Positions 12,060 to 23,806 of a stretch of 64,000 nucleotides of DNA are shown in pieces. The notes under the pieces were generated by a model, which made no database searches, was not told the DNA's origin, and saw nothing but the letters and a program-made list of their open reading frames with translations. The number at the start of each line of letters is the position of its first letter. The first letter of the stretch is position 1. The position numbers were made by a program, and so were the translations under genes. The DNA comes from Marsupella aquatica. Lineage: Eukaryota > Plantae > Marchantiophyta. The stretch covers positions 20,720,169 to 20,784,168 of the forward strand of contig OZ316891.1 of NCBI GenBank assembly GCA_973895155.1, in the 5' to 3' direction.

Positions 12060-12560
12060 CATCAGTTGTTTACTAACCTGTCCCCCAAATTACCCAGTGT
12101 TATTGACTTGCCCCAAACAAAATTAATTATCAACCCCCCCCCCCCCCATTTCATATTCGGGTTAGTATTAACTTGTACATGGGTTCCCATTGCCATGAGG
12201 CAAGTTGCTACTGGCTAGCCTCAACCTGCCGTGAGCCCCTTCAGCCTTCCCCTTCCCCGTTGCAGGACACAGTCGCAAGTGTGGGAGGGGTGAAAACTCA
12301 CCATTTTTTCCCGGCTTCCTAAAAGAAACCCTACTCTTTCGGCCCTCATTGTTACTCAGGAAAACGCAGCAGGGAAGGGGGACCAAGGGTAGTCACTGTG
12401 GGCTAGCCAGTAGCAACTTGCCACATCGCAATGAGAACTCGTATATGAATTAATAGTATCCCAAACACAAAATGAAAGGTAGGTTGATAATTAATTTTGT
12501 TTAGGGGACACTTCACTAATAGGCGGTAGTTTGGGGGACAGGTTAGGAAAAAGTTGCTAG
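12060..12560. mobile_element. Long-TIR (Mutator-like) non-autonomous element
   Basis: Arms at about 12073-12220 and 12401-12546 are inverse: 'ctaacctgtcccccaaa'/'tttgggggacaggttag', 'aaacaaaattaattatcaac'/'gttgataattaattttgttt', 'gcaagttgctactggctagcc'/'ggctagccagtagcaacttgc'. Confidence 0.6.
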
Positions 12561-12729
12561 TGGCATTCCAATGTAAAAAGTTGTTAGTATGTAAAAGTGA
12601 CACACGGCTAATGAGCGGTAGTTTGGGGGACAGGTTAGGTTAGTAAAAAGTTGTTAGTGGCATTCCCATGCAAAAAGTTGTTAGTATGTATCAAAGTGAC
12701 ACATGGCAAAAGTGCCAAACCTGGAGACA

Positions 12730-12963
12730 GGGTCCCAAAGGCAAAACAACCCAACCCAATAAAGGGAAGGAAACAAAAGGGGTGCCAAAGCCAAAACAAC
12801 CCAATAAAGGGAAGGAAACAAAAGGGGTCCCAAAGCCAAAACAACCCAATAAAGGGAAGGAAACAAAAGGGGTCCCAAGGCCAAAACAACACAATAAAGG
12901 GAAGGAAACAAAAGGGGTCCCAAAGGCAAAACAACCCAATAAAGGGAAGGAAACAAAAGGGGG
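12730..12963. repeat. Minisatellite with ~39-bp unit, about 5-6 copies
   Basis: Unit 'ggggtcccaaaggcaaaacaacccaataaagggaaggaaacaaa'. Explains the repetitive ORFs in all frames here. Confidence 0.9.
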
Positions 12964-13089
12964 AAGGGACTCAAGAAGACCCAAGTTGTTAATGGCATTC
13001 CAATTTGAAAGAAGGAAGTCAGTCACTACCGTACCCGTCTTGTAACGCCACACAGAGGTTTACAGTAAAGTTGTAGGAGCACGAGATTG

Positions 13090-13530
13090 AGCCCAGCAAG
13101 GAGGCTTTGCTTTCGCCCAAGAAGAACTTAAATTTCTTTGCCAGGAAATAAATTATCTGCACGAGTGGAAACGGCGGATTTTTTCATGCTGGGGCTGAAG
13201 CTGGGGCTGAGCTTTAGCTTACGGAGGTAGCAACAGAATCAGCCGAGCAACGAGGCTTTGCTTTCGGTCAAGCGGAGCTCAATTACAACGAGGCTTTGCT
13301 TTCAGTCAAGAGGAGCTCAATTTCTTCTCCAGCAAATAAATGAGCTGCAGGAGTGGAAACGGGCGGGATTGTGCGTGCTGGGGCTCAGCTTCAGCTTAAT
13401 TACAGAGGTAGCAACAGAATCAGCCCAGCAACGAGGCTTTGCTTTTGGCCAAGAAGGAATTAGCAGAGCAGAGCAGAGCAGAGTTGCTTTCGGCCAAGAA
13501 GGAATTAGCAGAGCAGAGCAGAGCAGGGGT
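13090..13530 (+). repeat. Local tandem duplications in the presumed RPC17 promoter/5' leader
   Basis: 'gcaacgaggctttgctttcg', 'gagtggaaacgg', 'ggaggtagcaacagaatcagcc' and 'ggccaagaaggaattagcagagcagagcagagc' each recur. Confidence 0.7.
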
Positions 13531-14611
13531 TGCGAGTCTGTTATTATTTCGTTGGAGCTGTTGGTGTTGGAGAAAGCCGCGGTTTCTGCTTCGATCGTCG
13601 GTACTCTTCTCGGATCCGATGCAGCGCGGCAGACAGCTGCCATCCAGGTGCGGATCTCGATCGAAGGCCATACCGAGTGCTGTTTGAGAGATTCTGAGAA
13701 TTTTTTTACCCCCCGTTTTTCGATGTTTGCCGGTGTTCGTATCGACTGTAGTAGAAAGTGGTCATTCAAGAGAAGGTGTTCTGTGGTCTGCGTGACGAAA
13801 TGCTTGATCTAGAATGTATGGCGTCGTCATCGGTTATATAAATATCTCCTTGTCGCTACGTTTCTGCAGTCTGTATGGCCCGTTCTTACTGTATCATGAA
13901 AATTGGTTGTACGAGTGTTTTTCTGGAAGACGCTGAAACTATGCACGCCTTGGAAGCTTCAGAGGTAGAACTGAGGTCCTGTGTAGTTCTCTCGAGATTG
14001 TGGTGGAGGTGTGCACGTAGAATGAAGGCTGCTTCAGTTGAAATTTGACGATCTAAAAGCCAATGGGTGCATGTTAGTTTTTTTCCATGGTTCCGTCCCA
14101 AGAAGTGAAAGCAACTTATTTGGTGTCGGTTGCTGTAGTCGTATTGTGGCGTTTGGGTCTATGGATTTGCTGTTGTTCGGAGTTCCTGGGCTCTACTTTT
14201 ATAGTTTGTCGATGCAACTATGTACGAGCTGAGGTGTCCTTTTTCTTTCCTTCGTCAATTATTTCGTCAGCATGGATTGGCTATCTGAGATGTTTGTCTA
14301 CTTTCTGTCGCTGTTGTACAAGTTATCACATGTTTGGTATATTCAGACCTAAGCTTGTAGCCCCTTGTGAGCCTCACATCCTAACATCCGGTTAATCACC
14401 TATGATGTATTAGTCCCGGCACCATGAGACGCTCTGTTTCCCTGGGTCACCTGGCAAACTCTCTCTGCGGACGGACAGACGGAAGGAAGGAAGGAACGAA
14501 CTATTTCTCGTCTAAGAGCCCTTACAGCATGGGAATATTGGAGATCTTCAATTCACTTACGTAAGCAGAAATGCTTAGTCTGAGCCCAATTTTTTCCAAT
14601 TTTGTCGACAG

Positions 14612-17600
14612 ATTGGAGGCTAACGCCGGGTTGCTGTCAAATTTCGAAGTGAGGGATTTGTTACTCAAACGTGGAGCTGACAAGGGCCCTCTTGGTGGCT
14701 CGATAACAGTTGGGGAGTGCAAGGTTGCTCTCTCCGACATATCTGTAGTTTTTCCTTCAATCTCTTCACTTCACAGCTCTAACTTTTCTGTCTCTGTCTG
14801 TGAATTCATAGTGATTCAAAACCATGTGGTTCCTTTGAGTCGCATGGCTGGACCCTATCAGTGATTTGGCCAATTGCGGCTTTGAGGCTTTAAATTCATT
14901 TCAATTGAATGTTAGTACTCCTGGGAGTCAGGTTAGAAAGGTGGAGATTCCGATTTCGCTAGGACCCACAATTCAGCTTACGATTTTGTGATCTAATCCA
15001 TTTGACCAAGTGAAGAACAAATATACTCTTGGCAGCCTGCCAAAGTTCCTTGCACCCATCTTCATTTGAGTCTCTCCACATGAGCCCGTCATCTCTCCGA
15101 ATATGCAACCTCTTTTAGGACGAAGCTGTTAAGACGGTACATCCAATATATACGTACTTGTCAATGGCTGAACAGTATCGCAACGAATATCCTCCGAAGA
15201 AGTATTTACAGTACCTGTCTTGGTTACGAGAGGCCACGTCATGATGGGTGGCTGAGCTTTAGCATATTGATAGGATCTGGAAATAGAGCAGAGGAAATGG
15301 GTGCTGAAACATATGAGGGGAAGTTGATTGATGAATTTGAGGAGAATCACGCGGGGCGGCGTTTGGTTTTGGAGTACCCCATATCACAAAGCACAAGAAT
15401 TCAGGTAGTGGTGCTTGATTCTGCTGACACACTGGGAGTTGAATTTATTATGAAATGTGCTGCTATGCTGGTTCCTTCCGGGCAGGAGATGGATTGGATG
15501 TATTCGTCAGAGGGAGGACAGTGGCAGCTGCTAGCCTCTGCTGGCGTGAGCAGGTTGATCCTCTTTTCGAGGAGCTATAACATAGTGCACTCTGATAAAA
15601 AGGGAAAGCGTATACATAGACATGATAATTACGGTCACGAAAAGAGAATGGATCAGCATAATGAATCAAGAGGCAGAAGATCGAAGAAAATGGAAGAGCT
15701 ACAGCGAACAAACAAATTGTCTGGTCCGACAAACCTGCCAACAGCAGTACCAGAAGATGAGGTATTAAAGCACTTGCTAGGTCCTCTTGTTCTTGCTCTT
15801 GCCCCTAAGGTTACTTTCGATACTGGGGTTCCCAGCATTCCTTTCGTGTGCTATAATGACAATGTAGTGCAACGGGTGTTGGTGGAGGAAGCCTTGTCTC
15901 CAGTGACAGGCTTGATGAAGGTTGAAGATGTCGAGGTGGAGAGTGAAAGTTCTGATTTGGAAGCAAAAGCCATCCAGCAGAACCACTTTGTAGGAGTTTT
16001 CAACGAAGAAGAATCTTCCCAGCTTAAATTGAAGAAACACACAAAGTCATGGAGACGGAGGCTGATTTTCAGGCGGATGCCTAATTTGATTCAGACAGAG
16101 GTCCTTCTTACGATACAACCTTGTGATAACAAGAGAAAAGTCTTACACAAAGGGAGGGAAAGTGACGATAGCGGGAGAAGGTTTCTTAAACATACGACCA
16201 ACCTGAAGCAAGAGCACCTGGACCACATGAACCTTGAGCGAGTAGTGAGGCAGGTCGATCATAGTAGGTTGGTGCACAAGTACCTGCCCCCCATAATAGC
16301 TGGGTTTGTGCTGGTAGCCCCACGCTTGGATGCCTGCTTAGTGTGTGATCCAGGCCGTGCACGAGTTCTTTCCATTGGGGTTGGAGGAGGTGCTTTACCA
16401 ATCTTTTTGCAGCAACATTTTCGATTCCACATTCAGGTAATATTCAGCATTTGGTACAAGACCAAAAGGCAAAGAGCGTATGCAACTATGGAATTTTATG
16501 TGTCCGTCACGATTTTGTCGAGTCATGGGCCGAAGCACTTGACATACTTGACTTTTGTCTCTCTGTGCAGGCAATTGACTTGGATGCGGGGGTCCTTCGA
16601 CTTGCTAGAAAGCACTTTGGGTTGACAGAAGGTACCCATTTCCAAGTGGCTGTAGGGGACGGTTTAACTGTTGTTGAGGAAATCGCGGCAAGGGTCATAA
16701 AGGAGGGTATTGTAGATGAAGGACTCAAGGATTCTTGGACCTCTTGTGTACCCATTGGTGAATCTACCGTATTTTCTTCTCCACATGGCCCCTGGTCTTC
16801 TACAGAGAATCTGGGACTGTCTGCGGGGCCATCTCGTCAGGAAGATGACTTGAACGAAGGTTCCTGTAATATCTATGGTCATCTCAGGAAGAGTAAGGAA
16901 AGTCTTGTAGAAGGCGTGGAGGAGAGTTTCCTGGTGTGCTCGCCAGAAGCTTCAGATAAAGTACACAACCTGACGCGGGATCCATATTTTACATGTCAAT
17001 CGGAAGTCTCATCATCCTCAAAACCGAACTCCTCCCGTCATAAACAATATCAATCTGATCCTCGAGTGGAGCTTATAATCCTGGATGTAGATGTGGGTGA
17101 CGCTCGGTTGGGTCTCAGCTCTCCTCCCCAATCTTTTCTCGAGCGGAGATTTCTCCTTTCAGCAAGAATTGCCCTACAAAAAGGGGGCATGCTAGCTATG
17201 AACGTGGTGCCGTGTGGGGAGAAACCTTTTGCAGCTGTCGTCGAATCCTTGCGACATGTGTTTACTGAAATTTATGAAATAGCATTGGAAGATGATGTGA
17301 ATCATGTGGTTTTTGCCCTTCCAGGTCCGGCCTCCTTGAATCATCACCTTCTCAATAGTCACACAGTTGAACAAGTCAAGAAAGTGGTAGGTGAGAAGAT
17401 GATTCAACACATTCGGCGGTTGGACAACGTTTCAAGCAATGAGTGAGCTGAAGACCATTCTGGTTAAGGAAGAAAGATGTTGCTTCTTCATCTACAGTAC
17501 GCATGGCCAATGTCCTATCGTGCAATGTTAACGCCATGTGGATAAGCGGTCTCTACAGAATTGGATCCCACTTGTAACTTTGAGTATATGAGCCTACACG

Positions 17601-18654
17601 AATGTCAGGGGTAGAGGTGAACGGATGGAAAGTGGCAGGTTGTGGGAAGCCGTTATACTCCGGTCCCTCTTGAGGAGCATTTTCTTTGCCAAATATGTTG
17701 TCAGAACGCGCTCTTCACTTGGGTATAATGTTCACTCGAGAGCATCCAGTACGGAAGGGAACATATTTTACTCAGTGATTGGATGACATATTTCCCTACT
17801 TCTTGATTCTCCACAAATGTTTGAGAATCTCAGAGGTCACCGTCCACAAGGGCCTTCTTTGCTTGTGGACGCTGTTTTTTGTGGTCCACCAGCTGATACT
17901 TTGTACCTAGTCCTCTGCCAAACGTGCCCGAGAAACCAAGCCTGCCAATGTTTGGACTGATCGAGTCACACATTCCTGTTTATCACTTGGGAGGGCGGTT
18001 GAACCGATGGAACGCCCTTACTCGCACTACGTAGCGATATCAAGCTCTATGTTGTTGTTTGTGGTTCAACACAGATGGGTGAGAGAACTCTGAGCCAAAA
18101 ATGTTCTGTTTCATGTGGCTGAAGGTTTGTTTGGCTCTAAGAGAAAATGAATGGTCTATTTCTCAGGTTTATGAATATTTGGTAGAAACTCCTGCTGGGA
18201 CACAGACAAAGACAAGCATAGAAGAGTTTGTGACCGGAGTGAAGTCTTTCAGACTGACAGATGCAGAGAAATTGCAGTCTATTAATCTACGACCTGCCAC
18301 TGCAGTTGAAGTTCACTTGGTAAAACACAAATTTCTTCCAGTCTTTGTTCGTTTGACTACTTTTCTTCGCCTTGACCCGAGTGTCTTGACTTTCCCAAGT
18401 TGTCGCTTGCTAAAGTTATGTTAGAGGTTTCTTACCCTTACAGGTGCCCCTCCCCCTCGATCTGTGTGCAGATTGTGGAGGATTGTGACGAACGTCTCTC
18501 AACTTCACAAGTGGAACGATTTATTGGAACAGTCACGGAAACCCTTCCAGAACCTCCGTTGAAGCCTGAAGCTGAAGCTGAAGGTGAAGAGGAGGAGATG
18601 GAGGAAGCGAATCCCGATAGCGAGGAAAAAACAGAGCAAGTACCAGACGAATAA
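14612..18654 (+). CDS. RPC17: RNA polymerase III subunit RPC17/RPC9 (CRCP, Rpb4 family). First micro-exon with the start codon is unresolved.
   Basis: Exons 14612-14723 (LEANAGLLSNFEVRDLL...ECK), 18167-18319 (VYEYLVETPAG...AEKLQSINLRPATAVEVHL) and 18472-18654 (IVEDCDERL...acidic tail). Junctions are GT-AG and in frame. Confidence 0.9.
15297..17446 (+). CDS. SAM-dependent methyltransferase resembling the eEF1A-KNMT/METTL13 C-terminal (spermidine-synthase-like) domain, about 671 aa, nested in an RPC17 intron
   Basis: Exons 15297-16436 and 16571-17446 (CAG|GTAATA...TGCAG|GCA). Motifs: VVVLDS, LVPSGQEMDWMYSSEGGQWQL, RRLIFRRMPNLIQTEV, VLSIGVGGGALPIFL, GDGL, LIILDVD, GGMLAMNV. Confidence 0.9.
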
Positions 18655-21600
18655 AAGCAGATTACAATGATGCTACTCCTGACTGATAGGTTGTCGTCGC
18701 TAGACTGACTGTTATTGTCACCCTGTTATGTCATCGCGGGCCACATGTTCGTAACGAACTGTGACCCAAGTCACGAGATGCAATTTTGAGGGACACAACT
18801 TGTGTGTAATGGGTGATTTAGCTCACCGTATTAGTTGCACAAATCTCGCACAATAGTTTAGTGATTTGGTCACCTTGTTGGATCAAAGGCTCAGAGTAGA
18901 CCAAATTGCAATGCAATCTGATAAAATGAAGTCTTGCATGGGTTTCAAGCTTACAAAACAACAGGTACTAGGCAGAATTCTCCTTCCGGTCAACAACTTA
19001 AATATTATGTCGCAAAGTACTTGAAGTTGACTAGCATGTGTGCTTCTTAGGTGTCCCCGTATTGGCTTTCTGCCTGATGTCTTGGATAGAAATCTTACCT
19101 ACAAAAGCAACAATAGTTCCTTCACACAGATGATGACCTTTAAGTGTAACAAACTCCTATTTCCAGAGCATTTTGGGCAATAATAGCCCCTTAAAACTTG
19201 AGCAGAATATCCCACAATGTCTTGTAAACCCGACTTAACTATAAACTTGATGCCCTTTGTGCTTTTTCTCTTTGTAATTTTCAGGGCATTATTTTATGGA
19301 GGAGAATGCGCACTCAAGATTTGGATGAACTCATTATGAAGGTTTTCTCTATTTTACTAAGAGAAGTCTATAGGCTTGAAAGTGTATTAAAGTGCTGTTA
19401 TTAGAGTATTATGGCAAATAATAGCCCTCCCAAACTGGAGCTGAAAGCTCTCAATTGTTGGGGCATTATTTAACGGCATTATTTAATGGCACACAATGCA
19501 GCTCTAAACAAGACTTCACTGTATGCTTTGTGTAACCAGGACTTATGTAACCAGGACTTACTAATATACTTGCCTGTGTACTAATATACTTGCCTGTGTA
19601 TCAGTGCAGGCAAGTACCCCCATGGAAATCTCATTCCAAAATACTTGGAAGCACAAAATCCCTGGAAGCACGTGCAACCACATAAGCACTATTGGTCACA
19701 AACAAGAACTATTAGTTATGCTAAAATATTCATGTTTGAAACAAAGCAAAGAAAAACAATGGAAAACTGGAAAGTAACACTTCAAATAAACAAAAATAAG
19801 GAAAATAGGGGTCATTGATATATTAGTGTTTTCTGGTAAATTGATTGAATTTTCAATTTGATTCATTGGCAAACATTTCAAATAGCCATAGGTAGAAAGT
19901 ATTTTCAGCTTTTATGGTTAACATAAGAAACTCTGGACAAAGGAATACCAAGAGAATGTAAGAAACCACTATGGACAAAGGAATACCAAGAGAATGTAAG
20001 AAACCCTCCCGTTACCATGGGAATATCAACAGAAGGTAAGATACCCCTTGGCTACTTTAACAGTTTGCATGGACTCTATGGAATGTCATAAGGCCTCTGT
20101 AGACATAGGAATACCAAGGGAAAATTCTGCTTGTTATCATGAAATAGTCTCCTCTTTATGTCCTCTCATTTCCATACTCAACCTTATTCCAGTATGCAAC
20201 TTTTCAACACTCCATTCTCAGCACTCCAATGTGTTGATGAACATGAAACTCGCAGGGTTAAATAACTTCCTTCTCAAGTACTGTAGTTTTCTAAATTTGC
20301 ATCTGAGGTGTATTTTGCTCTACAAGGCTCTTCAGTTTGCCCACGGGTAGGCTTTAGGCTTCTGGTTTTAGGTCTGCTGCTTCTCTTTTGTTTCCTTGCC
20401 TTTCTTGGCCCTTTGGTTGTCCCCTCTTGATGGGGTCCTTTGACTGAGGGATCATGTCTCCCCGTTGGACACCATTTGTCTTTTGGCAGTCTGATATATA
20501 TTTGAGGTACTGAAAAATGATTTGTCTTTTGGTAGTGTGATATATATTTGAGGTAGTGAAAAATGATGCTTGGATAGACCCCTAGGTTTGTAAGATTGTC
20601 AATTAGTCTTTTTGTCTAAGGTCCATGGGAGCATCATTTTCGAGGCAGTGTGAAATGTATCTGAGGTGTATTCAGCATTAATTTTCGCGGGGATGTGTTC
20701 AAAAAGACGGAGAGGCTTCGCTTTCAAAATGCTCTGAAGTACGCGCCTCGAGAGCCTCAAGAGCTCAGCTGGTTTCTCTACTCGTCCTGCTCGAATCGGA
20801 GCTGCCACACTTTGAATCGATGCGGCCTCCCTCCGAATCGAAGCGGCCACACGCGAATCGAAGTTGCCATCGCCGTTCTCAAAAACCTGGGAGCAGAGCT
20901 GCTAAGGTCCAGAGGAATAGCATGGTAGCCAGTTGGATGTCATGATGCCAATTCGACCGACATTTCGCTCGCTGGGGATAATAACTTGACGCTTGCAATG
21001 TCGATTGTTACTGATATGGTGGGATTTCAGGTATGGGATCTTCGTAGCACTACCATTCACTACTCTGTCGTTCACGCGCTCTCTCAAATTGCCGTGACTG
21101 GAGATTGGACTCGATTGGAAGACGAGCAGTGGCTGGATCCTTCCCTGCCCAGCGCAGCACAGCAGAGGGTAGGATGATGGCTCCGGTCTGTATCATTAGG
21201 GACGGAAGGAGGTGATCCGACGGATTGAAGGGCGTTGGAGTGGAATTTCGTCGAGGTGTTTGTCGATAGTGAGTGAGTAGACTGCTTGTTGATCTTCTTC
21301 ACTGGCACTCTCTTCACCACTGACTCTTTTCTTGAGTCTGAAATTGTCATTTGGACGGACCCCTGGGATCTACCTGTGAACGAAGAACGTTTTGTCGATT
21401 TGATGGAGAGGGGTCATAGCGTTTGAGGAATATGTCTGGTCGGATTCTGTCTGTGAGTCGTCTTAGCTTGAGCCTTGATTCTTTCGTCCTCTTAGTCAAC
21501 CTCATGGATATATTGTTTGCCTTGTTCCCAAGCTGGACAACTGCAAACCGCTGGAAGACAAGCTTGAATCGGCCTTTTGCGTCGAAGCAGTTTGTCCTGT

Positions 21601-22075
21601 TCCAACTCTCTTACAAAACCCTATAAGTGGAGCCTCTCTTCATTTCAGCACTGCCAAGCTTTGAATTTCTGGACTAGAAGTGAGCAGTAAGACACACATG
21701 AGAGTGATTGAATCGAGTCGGCGTTCGGGTCGTGATTTGAATAGCTCTCTCCAACAGCTGAATCGTATGTGCAGGAATCCACGTTGATCGAGAAATGGAA
21801 AGGCAAACTAATCCAAAACAGTGAAGGAAGATGCAAGTCTTATCCCTTTCTTGAGAGAGCGTTAAGTTCATGGCTTGAGTAGCTTCATTTGCTCCTTGTG
21901 GATCTTTGCACACAACCTACTGTAATTGAGCTGAAGATGAAGCGAGTGTGCCTCGCAGGAATAGAAACGCACGCAAAACAAGAATTCAGTTCATTAGCAG
22001 ATCATGTTCGTGTTAAGGCAAAGTTCAGGTGCAGGTAGCTAGTCCAGCATTGCTACCTTTGGAGGTACTACAGAA

Positions 22076-23806
22076 ATGACTGGAGGGTGCATCTGCGCAA
22101 TATGTTATGAAGATGTGGACCCTGCCAGCGAGCTTCTGCAGTCCATTGCCCTCTGCGGCCATGTATTTCACGAGCTCTGCTTGCAGCAGTGGATCGAATT
22201 CTGCCCAAATGGTCGCGCACCCACTTGCCCTCTATGCAAACAGCACTGTGGTGTCAAAGATGTTCATCGTCTTTACTTCCAGTCGGATTCCTCTCTGGTA
22301 AAGAAGGATGTCACTCATGAACCCTGCCAGAAGAATCTATCGGAGAGAGAGCTTTCCCAGGAGGACCAAGTGAAACTCTGCAGGTTGGAGGCGAAGGTGA
22401 CAATGCTCACAGCAGAATGCAAGGCCTCGAGGGAGAAACTATCGACGGCTGAAACCGAGGGACACAGACATTTGGAGCAGGTGAAAGTGCTTGAAACAGA
22501 GAAATCAAAATGGAGGAAAGACAAAGGCCTACTTGCTCAATCAATTGCCAGAACTCAAGAGGAGCTTAGGAAAACCGTACAGCAAAGAGAGGAATTGTTA
22601 AAGAAGACAGAGGCAATGGCTAATGACGTTGCTGCGTACAGGTTGGCTACTGATGTGAACCTGACTGAGGTTGACATGTCTAGGCTCATTTCTCCTGCTA
22701 GCCGTTCTGCCAGTAAAGATGACGTCATTGATATGATGACGAAGACCCTCTTTCTCCAGAACAGGGCATTCAAGGATCTCATGCACAAGTGCCAAGAACT
22801 GGGGATGGGGGAATCTCGAGCTGAACAAAAGTCCCAGAAGCTGACCGAGCAAGTCAGGCGCATGAAGGCACGGATACAGGAGATGGCCAAAGCCGAAGAG
22901 GAGAAGGAGAATGCAAAAGTGAGATCTCTAACCAGAACTAGAATTTCTGCCGAGACAAACATGAGGCCAGAATTATCCCTAAATGATGCGCATTCTGCCC
23001 AGCTGGCCAATGCCACCGAAAACATTCCCTTGCTATCTCGTCCTCATTCGAAGAAAAAGAAAGTTGGCGACAGCAAGGAGGCAGCAAGTCTGCCTCTAAC
23101 TCCTGTGGCTCCCAATGTCATCTGTCTCGATGGTGATAGTGAAGCATCAGAAGCAGAAGCTCAAAGAGCAAAGGTGAACAGGCAGGGGTGGGTTGCCGGC
23201 TTCTCGGAAATCGTGCCTGCAACTCATGACTGTGACGAGGAGTTTACCTTGAGTAAGAAAAATCAGAATAGTCTCAGTCGACCTGATTGTGCAACAATTC
23301 AGAGTTTGGAGCCTTATTCCCAGTCGTTTGGTGAGGAGACTCAGGAGGACTTTGCTCTAAGAACAACGCTGAGACAATGTGCTGACGAGGGAGAAGATGT
23401 AGGATCTTCTCGGTCTAAAGTAAAACCCAAGCTGACTATCGGTTTGGATGGAGATATTGATGATGTAGATGCCCTCAGACGGAGGCCAATGTTGCCCATT
23501 AGGCAGGAATTGGGTCTTGGACAGGGAGCAACATCCTTCACGCGACCCCAATCTGCGACGGGCTTCCAGATGCCTGCAACAACGGACCAAGCAGTTCCTC
23601 CTTCCGAAAGCAAATTCATTCTGTCAGGGGCTGATGGTCGCGGTGGCAGGGTTAGAGTTTTGAAGCCTCCTAGGCTTGTTCCTGGAGGTGGAAGTAGCAG
23701 CAGTGTCTGGGGAGCGATGCGTGGAAAGCGATTCAAACCCACCTCTCACATTGGTGGTGCAAGGTCGTCATCGTTGAAAATTGAGCATTTTTTTGGACGA
23801 GGATGA
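22076..23806 (+). CDS. TRAIP: TRAIP-like RING-H2 E3 ubiquitin ligase with coiled coil, 576 aa, single coding exon
   Basis: N-terminal CAICYED...CGHVFHELCLQQW...CPLCKQ...RLYFQS, a long coiled coil, conserved GADGRGGRVRVL, and a C-terminal PIP-box-like LKIEHFF. Confidence 0.85.
   Translation: MTGGCICAICYEDVDPASELLQSIALCGHVFHELCLQQWIEFCPNGRAPTCPLCKQHCGVKDVHRLYFQSDSSLVKKDVTHEPCQKNLSERELSQEDQVKLCRLEAKVTMLTAECKASREKLSTAETEGHRHLEQVKVLETEKSKWRKDKGLLAQSIARTQEELRKTVQQREELLKKTEAMANDVAAYRLATDVNLTEVDMSRLISPASRSASKDDVIDMMTKTLFLQNRAFKDLMHKCQELGMGESRAEQKSQKLTEQVRRMKARIQEMAKAEEEKENAKVRSLTRTRISAETNMRPELSLNDAHSAQLANATENIPLLSRPHSKKKKVGDSKEAASLPLTPVAPNVICLDGDSEASEAEAQRAKVNRQGWVAGFSEIVPATHDCDEEFTLSKKNQNSLSRPDCATIQSLEPYSQSFGEETQEDFALRTTLRQCADEGEDVGSSRSKVKPKLTIGLDGDIDDVDALRRRPMLPIRQELGLGQGATSFTRPQSATGFQMPATTDQAVPPSESKFILSGADGRGGRVRVLKPPRLVPGGGSSSSVWGAMRGKRFKPTSHIGGARSSSLKIEHFFGRG

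Noticed and set aside
12635-13053. Repetitive ORFs in five frames
   Set aside because: Product of a 39-bp minisatellite (a multiple of 3).
15267-17446. Two separate or frameshifted ORFs (452 aa and 331 aa)
   Set aside because: A canonical 134-nt GT-AG intron (16437-16570) joins them into one CDS.
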